DNA of 64,000 bases from Vicugna vicugna (lineage: Eukaryota). Both the position numbers and the translations under genes were made by a program. Positions 53,555 through 64,000 of the stretch are shown here, one piece after another. The number at the start of each line of letters is the position of its first letter. Position 1 is the first letter of the stretch. The notes beneath the pieces were generated by a model that searched no databases, had not been told where the DNA came from, and saw only the letters and a list, made by a program, of their open reading frames with translations. The stretch spans positions 12,050,184 to 12,114,183 of the forward strand of contig MU058844.1 in NCBI GenBank assembly GCA_013265495.1. The letters are read 5' to 3'.

Positions 53555-55724
53555 AATAATTCATACTAAACTAGCTATTGTTTAAGATGCATTGTTTCTT
53601 GATATCTGGTTTACATAAACTAACACAAATAAAAAATTGATTTTTTTAATTCCTAAAAGTAACTTTGGCTCTCAAAATTTAGTTTCTCTTCTTGATCTCT
53701 ATCATCTTTCTTTCATACTTTCTGTTAAACTGAATGCCATGTTCTAATTTAATATAATTTGAGGACAACTGTACCCAAAAGCAGTTAGTTAGAACACTGT
53801 AACCTTATAAATGACTGAGAATTCTGGATTGATAGGATTCCTTGAAAATGAAACTAAAAATAAAAAAAGTTATTAGTATGTTAAATGAACCAAAAATAGA
53901 TCAAATATAATTTCAGAGACATTATTTTTCTGACAAAATTGTGTGAAAACATGACAAGACATTGTTTACTTCATTTCTGATTCACACACAAAAAGGATCA
54001 TTTCATTTTCCAATGATTCACATCACGGTGTTTTATTTCACCAGGCGACTGCCCATTGTGAAATTTGATCAGGTGCAGGGAAAGATGGCATAATTAAGCA
54101 CAGGAAATGCTTGAGTGGAGACTACTTTTTGAGGTAAATAACAATAAATAGCTTCATGTTATAGCAATTTTTTTCTCCCTACTCAACTTTATAAGTGGAT
54201 AAAAAGGACTCTGTGTATTATTCTAAAATTACTATCATAGAGCAGAATAAGCTAATTAGTCACTAAAACCATAGGTAACCTAATTAGTAAAATACTCAAC
54301 GGATCACATAAAAGGTGATCTTACATACGAAATAGCCATCAGCCCTAACAGCTGATATCAAGGTCCAGTATTATTTTGAAATCAAATTGATCTTAAAATA
54401 AAATAGTATATGAGATACGAAGGCTTCTATCTAATCTGGAAATAACATTCTATCCTAATTGCTGCCAAATAGTATTAAACAATTATGTGATATTATAATG
54501 CTTTACATAGTGTTTTGCTATTTACATAATGTGAAGATATTGCCTCACTTGGTAGATGTGGAAATTGAGGCTCAGAAGTGCTAAGTAACTCACTCAAGGA
54601 AGTTTGGTTAGAAAAGGGACAGATGAAGTTCAAAGCCAAATCTTGGCTGCCAGTAGGAAGGTTTTGTTTTCCTGAATGGTACCACTGTGACTTTTAAAGA
54701 CTCTTTATGCATATTTTTATCAAAAAGGTCAGAGAAGTACCTTTCTTTATTACTTCTATGATATGGGAACATTTCTTCCTAATTCATGGGACCAGAAAGA
54801 CAACTTTATTTTTATTTTATTTTCTAGGAAGGGCAAGTGGGCAGATGTGTCATAAAAATGACAGAATTTGCTAAGAAATACTATTTTTAAGCAATTTCCA
54901 TCATTCTTCAGTCACCTCTGTCCATTGAAATTAATACCACAAGAAGCAAACTCTTCAAAAGCAAAGACTCCTCTTCATCATCAAATCTGTATTTCAGCTC
55001 CTTTGTAAACTTAGCCAGAAGCTTACAGTTATTCAAGTCACTCCCCGAAACCCCAAAACACTCACGTAAGTAATGACCATCACACATTCTTCATAGTAGG
55101 AACTATCATCATCTACTGATAGATAAATTAGTCCAGGACTGGCACAAAGTAGGTGTATCTTTGTTAAAGTCCTATTCTCTGCACTATGTGCTTTTGTGTC
55201 TGAGATGTAAATGCACATTTGTGTGAACATTTAACTATTCTAACCCCTCCTCTATCTGCCCAGAACAGAGTACGCTGCCTGGCACACAGCTGGCCCTTAC
55301 CCTGTCATGAGATTTTATATACAGGCCTCAGAATAATGGAATAGTTTCAGGTCTACAGCAAGCACCTTACGTGTTTATTATCATTACTGTTTTTGAATAA
55401 ATCAATGAATCACTGACAACCTTATCACAACCTGATGTAGCAGATAAGGCAGCTTCTACAGTCTGTATTTTTACTAGATTTTTTTTTAACTTAGAGAAAT
55501 AACATAAGTTGACCAAAAATACTTGGCAAGGATCTATTTTGTAATGCCATATCATAGAGATTAAGTGAATCAGAGTAAGATCTGATTAAAAGAAGGGAGA
55601 CATATCTAATCTTGGCAGTTCCTAAAATATGAATCCAATCAGAAACTTGAGACCATAAGGAGCAGACGAGCCAACCCCCCTGAGTGCATTTCAGTCCTGA
55701 CTAGCATCCAACTCCTTCACTTCT

Positions 55725-56080
55725 CATGGCAGACTGTGTTTTTCAAAGATAGTGACAACTATATCTTCCTTCACACATGCTCTTCTCCAATGGGATCTAC
55801 ACACTCCTAAAGTTCTAAAATCACCCCTAAAGGGTCAAATCTAATCCACCTTCCCTTAACTCTAAGCTGTCCTTAGTGATTTTTTTGACCAGTAGAATAT
55901 GGCAGAAGTGACACTGTAAGACTGAAGAAGGTTAGAGAAGTCCTACAGCTTCTGTTTGCGCTTCGTGGAACCACCCAGCTGGGTCCAGTCAACTCACAGA
56001 ACCATGAGAGGTCATTAATATACCGCTAATGATGCTACTAAGTTTGGGAATGATTTATCACACAATAATAGGCAACTTGA
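55725..56080. mobile_element. MaLR LTR fragment (MLT1-like)
   Basis: 'ttgaccagtagaatatggcagaagtgacactg', 'cagtcaactcacagaaccatgagag', 'ctactaagtttgggaatgatt'. Confidence 0.65.
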
Positions 56081-56889
56081 AAATTCAGAAAAAACACACG
56101 ATCCCTTCAATACGTAGGTACTACGCTAGCTTCTACTGCGTGTTACAAAACTGTTAGGGGTGAGGATGGAAGTCGGAGTTAGCACAAGTAGTAACTGAAA
56201 GTGCCCGACAGCCCCAGGGAAGCACAGCCTCTTACTGTGCACTCTTGCAACTTAACACACACACGCTGCTTACTTCCATGTGATTATTCTATACTCTGCC
56301 TGGAATGCTCAGTCCATCCCATCTCCGTCACTGAGCTGACCATGTCTCAGTCCCAGAGTTATTAGTTCTCCTTTTTCACACACTCATAACACCCTGTACT
56401 TCTCCGTTGCAATATTGTTCTCAGTTCTAATTAATGAATTATTTGTGTGATTATTAGCTTACTATTTATCCCAACAAACAAGAAACTCCATGAGAAATGA
56501 GACCATGAGTGTGTTTATTACCACATTTCTAAGATACTGTCACCTGGCTCAGTACTCTGCCCACAGTAAATAAAATGTTTTGTGTCAAATTAATGTATAA
56601 ATGAGATGTCACAGCTGTGGGCCACTGGGTGGATGAAAGAGTCCTTCCCTCAAATCTGAGGCTTCCTACTTTGGTTTTTGTCAAAGATGATAACTGTAGT
56701 TTCCAAGGAGCTCTGAAAGTTCTAGCAAGATGACTGAGCTGGCTCTGGTAGGTATGACTTTGGGCAGTAAAATACGGTTTGGTGACAATGAACCAGGAAC
56801 ACAAAGAGCCAACATCATCAACTTCCAAGTGTCCTCCTTAGAAGCTGCCTGAATACCTCAAACATCCAACTCAGCCATATTACTCCAGG

Positions 56890-57115
56890 GGATAAGTGCA
56901 CAGTCTTTGGAATGAGAGCAAATCAGACAGATATACAGTCGTGTACTCGTTCTGCTAATTACTAGTTGTGTCATATTGGGCAATTTTCATCTCTGAGTCT
57001 CGTTTTCATAATAGATGAAAAATAGAAATAATATATTTTCATGAAGTTATTATGATAAATGAAATAAAATAATATAAGGACAATTCTTGGCATGCAGTAA
57101 CTAGGTTACTAAATA
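56890..57115. mobile_element. MIR SINE
   Basis: 'ctgctaattactagttgtgtcatattgggcaa...ctctgagtctcgttttcat'. Confidence 0.65.
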
Positions 57116-58604
57116 AAGTCAGTCCCCCCTGTTTTGGAATGGGTAACCACCATCCGGCTTTTCCTAATGGATAGCACACCACAATCCACCATGAGAACAA
57201 AGTTAGAAAGTGCATCAGCTTAAGAATATAGAGCACTGCTTACTAAACTTCGATCTATGTAAGTCATTCATTAAAAAAATGAAACGAAACACAGGTAAAA
57301 GCCATATGTTTAAGACGTAGGTTAGGTGAGCAGCACCAGGCTAGCTACTGCAATATTTTCAAGACACACCAACTTTGGCCTATGGCATTTTCAGACCGAA
57401 CCCAGGATTATGCTTCCTGTTTGAAATTGCAGTTTGGAGAAGCAGCTTCTATCCCAAAAAGACAGAAATACTTCATACTGACTACACATCTGAAGAAAAA
57501 GGACAGCTTCATCCTCAGTGCTGCAGGACCTGGAACTGACACGTACGCCAAGAAGCTACGTCATCCTCAACTTCCTTCTATTACCACCAGTTGGCATGAT
57601 CAGATGAGAAAAATGCAAATGAGGCAGTTACAGAAAGTGCAGAGCGGTGATTGGAGTATTGCTCCTTCCAGCTGATAGAGATCTGCCAGCTCATCAAGTT
57701 GCTGCCCTCCACTCACAGCTCATCACTCAGTACCCAGTGTTTTTGACTATTTACAATACGTAGTCAACCTAGTGCTTCAAAGAATATTTGAAGATTCACA
57801 ATAAGAGCATTTAAAACAGAGAAATTTGTGTGTTAACTGCTCTTACTCCAAGAGAGATCAGAAACCGTTTAGAGGAAGGGAAGAGAGATTCTAGGAAAAT
57901 GGCATAAAACAGTCCTGCAGTTGAAGAGCAAATTTAGCACTCAGCTAAATTTTGTGATGGATTTTATAGTTCTCTTTGTCTGCAAGCAAGTTCATTTGAG
58001 AGGCAGATTTTGCTGGCATTAAATCCTGGGGAGAATGTATTTTGTGGATTCTTACATATGCAAGGGAGATGTTAGAGATGGGATGAAAACTATCTTTGGA
58101 ATATGTGATGGCAAAACCATCTTCTTAAGGTCGTTTCTTACAACAACATTTGATGAACACTAAGGGCAAAACGGTAAGTCATTTCATAAAGTTTAAGTAA
58201 TACATTGCTTCCTGAAGATATCTCCTGTCGAAAAATTTAGGAAAAGCAGTGTAATATTCTCATTAGGTACTTTATACCTGCAGTTCCAGGATATCAGGAA
58301 TTTCTAATGAGTAAAATCAGTTGCTGGGGCGGAAGAATACCAGGACAAGGGGTTGCCACGTGTGAATTTTAATCAGATACAGATAATTCTGTCACTGTAA
58401 TCATCTCAAAAAGAAAAGCTATTTTAAATGGCAAAAAAGTAGATTATTAAAGGGTTGGTCCTTTTATAAAATGTACAGTAAAAATATCACCACATACTTC
58501 TAACATCTTTTTTTTCCCTATTTGCCACAACCCATGACAGCCTGGCCACAGAGCAGCTCGAGAATACAGACATTCAGGAATTACCACCTCAGACAATTTT
58601 CCTG

Positions 58605-58780
58605 AAGTCAGCCAGCTTCCTGGGAGTGCCGCACACAGTGTCACAGGGCCCTGCACTCAGTAGGGCCTCTCACCGAGGGATTCAGTGCTCTGTGGTCATC
58701 ATCTTGAATTCCCCCCCAAAACCAAATGCCTGCTGTTTTCATTTTGCACTGGGCACCCCCACATGATGTAGCCAGTCCTG
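58605..58780. mobile_element. MER53-like hAT MITE
   Basis: 'gccagcttcctggg...cacagggccctgcactcagtagggcc...ttttcattttgcactgggc...tgtagccagtcctg'. Confidence 0.7.
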
Positions 58781-60464
58781 CTTAAAATATTGTAGGCATC
58801 ATGTAGGCTTTAAAGCAACAAATTCAAGATTTCATTTCCAGTGAGTGCTCGAAGCACACACAGAATACTGTCACTTGAAAGGAGAGTGAAAGTCTTCAGA
58901 AACAAGAGAGGGAAGTGGCAAGCAGACATTTTACAGTGAAAACGGTGACGTGTGACTGCGCCCAGATCAAAGGTTATTTCGGCTCTCAACGGGCTGCCCA
59001 CGTGCCTTGGGAGAAAAGGCTGACATTTTTCTAAAGGAATGAAAGTCACAGTTGCTCAAATGATGAGACCAGTATTAAGCTGAGCCTGCATAGGTCTGTA
59101 TCAGAGAACATGCAAAAAAAAAAAAAATGTTGAGCTGGGCCAGGGAAATGTTAATATCCTCTATTTTCACTCCTCTAGCACACAACACCACCTCTTGAAG
59201 GGCCTGTCGCAATGAATTAGCCCCCCAAAAGACACTCAAATTATCTTCCCCAGCTTTGCCAGCAAAAAGAATTTAGCCTCAACCACGTGAATTGGAACAA
59301 TTTATGCCTAAGACCACCCACCCCTCAACATGTGGCATCACCGAAGTAAAAGAAAAAAATGTTTTTCCTGACAATAATTAGTCTAAGTGTGGTATGGCTT
59401 TGGCGCAAAATCAATATGGAATTAAACCCAGCTAGCTCTGACACTTAAGGGCTATGTGACCCCCAGCAAGGGATCTTACTGTCTGTCCCTAAACCTCAGT
59501 TTCCTCCACCTGTAAAGTAAGTATAGGATGACTGTGGCGACTACATGGACATTTTAATATAATGGCTCACAGCAGGCACTCTGGAGTAATCTTGGCCCTG
59601 CCACTACCTGGTTGTATATTTTCTGTCAAGTCACTTGATCTCTGTGTCCCAGGATTGCCTGCTCGTTAGTTTTGAATTGAAAAAGACCTGCTTGTTGGGT
59701 ACCCCGTTGTAACTCTTGCTGTACTGGGAATGTGTCCGAGCATCACTGCTCCGAGGCTCTGGGGAGACTCCCTTGGGTGACCCAGACCTTGCACTGTCAG
59801 CCCTTCTGCAGACGTCAAATAGCATACCCGCATTGCTTCCCCCCAGTTTCTCATTCTCCAGCACTCAAAGAGCAGGATGTGCCTTCCGACCTTGACCTTG
59901 GACAAATTAGTAGCACATGCATCCATTCTGATGAAATAGGATGTCCCAGACTGGGCCTGAACTGACATGCAGGCATATCTAGCACATGAGGACCTTCACT
60001 TCATTTATCTGTAGGAATGGATTACTCTTCTCCGGGGATTTAGGTCATGCTCTGTTGAAATTGCCCGGGCCTGTCCCCCACTGGAGTATAAATTCCTTGA
60101 GTACAGGACAGTGGCTTTTGCAACAGTTTTGTTCCATCAGAGCTCATCAGATGGTGCACCTACCTCTCATGGACTGTAGATTAAATGTCTAAAAAGTAAG
60201 AGTAAAGAGCTCAGACCAGAGGAGCCTCTCAGTAACTATTTGCGCCCCTCAAACTATATTGTCCTTTTCTTTTCCACAAAGTAAGGCTGAGCTAAGCTTT
60301 TAGTCATTCATCTTTGTGTTGAAGTATTTTACTTGACTCTTAACTCTTTGAATATTGTTAAATCATGCACATTACATATGGGGATAATTCAGTTCTACAA
60401 TAATTGGTCTTCTTTTTTTTCATCTCTAGCATAAGGTTGCCACCAGAACAATGCTTTCCAAATA

Positions 60465-61275
60465 TAGGCATACCTTGGAGACAACGCAGCTTCAGTTCCA
60501 GAACACTGCAATAAAGTAAGTATTACAGGAAAGTGAGCCACGTGAATTTTTTGGTTTCCCAGTGCATATGATGTTTATACTATAATGAAGTCTATTAAGT
60601 GGGCATTCACATCATGTCTTAAAAAATGATCTGTGTACCTTAATTTTAAAATATTTTATTGTTAAAAAATTAACCATCATCTAAGCCTTAAGCAAGTCAT
60701 AAACTTTTTGGTGCCAGAGGGTCTTGCCTCATACTGATGGCTATGGACTGAGCAGGGTAGTGGCTGTTGAAGGCTGGGGAGGCTGTGGCAATTTCTTAAA
60801 ATAAGACAAAAATGAAGTTTACCATACTGACATTTCCTTTCACTTGAACACTGAGAGGCCACTGTTGTGTTATTAACTGGCCTAATTTCAATATTATTGT
60901 GTCTCAGGGAATAGGGTGGTCCAAGGAGACGCAGAGAGATGGGGAATGGACAGTCAGTGGAGCAGTCAGAACACACACAACATTTATAAATTAAGTCTGC
61001 TGTCTTATAGGGGCATGGTTCACAGCGCCTTGAAACAATTTCAATAGTAACAACAAAGATCACTGATCACAGATCACTATGACAAATATAATAATGAAAA
61101 AGGTTGAAATATTGTGAGAATGACCAAAATGTGAAACAGAGACACAAAGAAAGCAAATGCTGTTGGAAAAATGGTGCCAACGGACTTGCTTAATGCAGGA
61201 TTGATACAAACCTTCATTTGGTCAAAAACATAGTACCTGCCTACCTGTGAAGCACAATAAAACAGAGTATGCCTG
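60465..61275 (-). mobile_element. Internally deleted non-autonomous Tigger1 derivative (about 810 bp)
   Basis: TA then 'taggcataccttggaga' and 'gagtatgcctg' then TA; both halves align with the two ends of the Tigger1 at 41096-43552. Confidence 0.92.
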
Positions 61276-61902
61276 TACTGGTTGCCTGATAAATAGTTGA
61301 TGGATGAATGAGTGAATGAATAAATGATTGAGGACTTAGCAATCTGTTCCATCATCTCCTCTCTCATTCATCGCAGATGTGGCTAAGAATTTATAACAAA
61401 CCAGCAAATTCGAAGTGCATAAAGACCAAATTACACAGGCAGATCTGTAGAAGAGGCATGCTTAACTCCAGCTCTTATGCATATTCCCACCCTCCGAGGG
61501 AGGCAAGTGCCTTTTGTTTTGCAAGAACACCTGAGAGTCACCAACCTAGGAGAATTCCTCCAGGGTTTATGCAAAATTAAAAGATTTGGCTTTTAAGGTG
61601 CAATTATAAGGGAACTCCTGGCCTGCAATATAAAGTCTCTGGCACTCCAACGTCTTCATTTAAAAGTTCAGCTGAACAGATCTTCTGTCTATTTGATCTT
61701 TTTCAAGTTTAGTAAATTACTATGACTACACAAAGTCCTAATAAATGAAGATACCATATAGACGGGCAAGAATCACAAAGGAACTATGTAAAGGTATGCT
61801 AATGGTTTCTAATTCTCCTGGTTTTCTATTCCTTTTCCCTCAGCTTTCAAAAAGTAGAAAGTCTCTCCAAAGGAAGCTTTGGTAAAACAGTATTGTGTAG
61901 GG

Positions 61903-62088
61903 CAGTGGTTCTCAAACTTCAGTCACTTCAGAAATCACCCAGAGGACTGATTATACACAGAGCCTGGGCTCCAGCCTCAGAGTCTGGCATTCAGTAGATC
62001 TGGGGCAGCATCCATGAACTTGCACTTCTACAGGTTTTTAAGTGATGCCGATGCTGCTGGCCCAGGAACTGTACTTTGCAAAGCACTG
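61903..62088. mobile_element. MER5A hAT MITE
   Basis: 'cagtggttctcaaact...gatgctgctggcccagga...aagcactg'; 186 bp. Confidence 0.88.
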
Positions 62089-62269
62089 GCATAAGGCAGA
62101 GGCAGTACTGAGGCTGCAGAGCAATACGGTTAAGAGCGCAGGCTTTGGACCAGACACACAGGTTAGGACTTGGCATTTCCCAACTGTATGAACTTTGGGA
62201 GATTAGTAGTCTATCTTCCTTTGAACAACTTTTCCACATTTGGAGATACTCCTGTGCCATTAGTCCCAT

Positions 62270-62690
62270 GTCCCCAGTGCTGAAGTCGAACTCAAACTGT
62301 GGCCAGATCCCAGACATGTGACCTGTGCTTCACTCATCAGATGCACCCACTGAGGCATCAATTCACAAGTGAGCAATGTGTGGAAGCAAGCTCTCTGGGC
62401 AGCTGCCACATGGCTAGCACTGGGAATGGTGGGCACTGGTAGGCATCCAGTTTCCTGGGGCCTCAGTGGCTGAGAGGTCAAGTTCCTGATGTTCAAGAGG
62501 CATCAATACAGCAAGGTCAAGTTTCTGGCATTGATCGCTTGATCCAGCAGCTTCCTCAACAGGCCAGTGAAGCAGCTTGACTTCACAGGAAGTTAAGCCC
62601 TGAGTTACTCAGATGCTCTCAGGGCCACCCGCTATGCTGTAATAAACTCATTTTTACTGTAATGGATTCTATGAACCCAGTAACACCCAC
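62270..62690. mobile_element. Old LTR fragment (ERVL or MaLR-like)
   Basis: LTR-like end 'ctgtaataaactcatttttactg...ggattct'; weak family assignment. Confidence 0.35.
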
Positions 62691-64000
62691 ATTCTAGTGC
62701 TTTGATCCGATAAATATCAATGGAGCCTCAATTCCCTTCTTTGCAAAACTGAAGTATTACCAAACGAAGATTGGTTCAGAAATTTTTATACAGCATGAAT
62801 TATTTTATACCCACACACATTTTTAACCTCAAATGTATTCTGTTTTTTTCACAAAGCTCTAATTTCATATGCTTAATACTCTTTAAAAAATATGGTAATG
62901 GGTAATTTTTTTTTACAAACAAGATTCCTTTAACTCACATCAGCTAGCCAGAAAAACAAATTTGTGTTAAGTATTTTTTTTTCTCCTCTCTTCTCTCCTC
63001 CTAGAATTTTGGATATTTTCAAATGAAATATTCAATATATCAAAATGAAAAACAGTGATTAGCAAAATGTCTGGAAGAAACAAAAACATAGCATCTGAAG
63101 TGATGCTTCCAACACACAGACTTTCCCTAGGCTATGCCTAAAAGAGAGGGGAGAGAAACCAAAATGTGTTTTTCCACGTCTACTTTTTCCACAGCCCCAA
63201 GAAGAACTCCTGGCAAAGCTGTCACATCTAATCTTATCTTACATTCCTGGATGCTGTTGACTAACCTCTTTTTTTTTTTTTTTTCCAGCTGACAAGCTGA
63301 CGAGCACAACTTCAGTTTCTAGTTTTGACTGCAATTTTCTTTTTCCTTCCAGACCTCAGGACAGATGCTGTTGTCAGATAACCTGCCTACTTGAACCCAT
63401 TTGACTGATGTTGAGCACAAAGTAGCAGGCTGGACCACTCGTTCACCAACCACCTCCTGTCCCTTCTCTCCCTGTCATTCAAAGGCCAAGTTCCTCAAGG
63501 CCATGGCAGTTTCAGTCAAGGACCAGGATGCCCAGTAAAATTGTCATAGGCCTAAATTTTAAGAACACTCAAGCTGGAAGAGACTTTGTACACTTGGGCA
63601 CAATCACACACCTGGCAAATATGGGAAAGAGGATTTGATCTCAGGTCTCCCTGATTGCAAAAGTCCTACCTCTTAACCATTTTGTCATATTTCCTCTTTC
63701 CATGCATGTGAAATAGGAATTACACGAATTCTGTATACTTCTTGAAAGCCTGAATTATTAAATTGTTTTGTAGAATACAGTAAATATTCACTCATCTCTT
63801 AGAATTGCTGTTTTGAAAAGAGACTACCATCTTTATTCTGATGCTTTAAAAATCCAAATCGGAGGTACATATTACAGGATGAGGCTTGAATGGAGGGTGT
63901 AATTCCAAGGCAATAAGCCTGAGGAGGAAGGGGAACATGCAGGGAAGGAGCAAAAGAAAATAAAGGTGGGCGCATTACGAAGCTTATGACAAAATACGGT

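Noticed and set aside
1..64000. CRISPR arrays, operons, rRNA, snoRNA or miRNA genes, CpG island
   Set aside because: No repeat-spacer array, no convincing structured RNA and no CpG island were seen; only scattered short tandem duplications (e.g. near 21445, 39290 and 49850)

Overview
Mammalian genomic DNA, most likely from a camelid (camel, alpaca or vicuna), judged from four copies of a tRNA-derived SINE matching Vic-1 and artiodactyl-type L1s. The window is AT-rich, CpG-poor and dominated by interspersed repeats: L1 fragments of several ages, L2, MIR, MaLR and ERVL LTRs, hAT MITEs, one near-full-length Tigger1 and one internally deleted Tigger1. I see no intact protein-coding gene. The ORFs that resemble known proteins are decayed L1 ORF2 or Tigger transposase. 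Several short minus-strand segments in unique DNA have good splice signals (13796-13935, 21531-21641, 21767-21871, possibly 49766-49806). This suggests the window lies inside the long introns of a minus-strand gene, probably its non-coding 5' part, but I cannot name the gene. I found no evidence for a new biological system. The best observations are the candidate exons, a 48-nt L1 tail inside Tigger1 with a perfect 18-bp target duplication, and a repeat-bounded Tigger1 deletion derivative. Repeat subfamily names come from remembered consensus sequences and boundaries are approximate.
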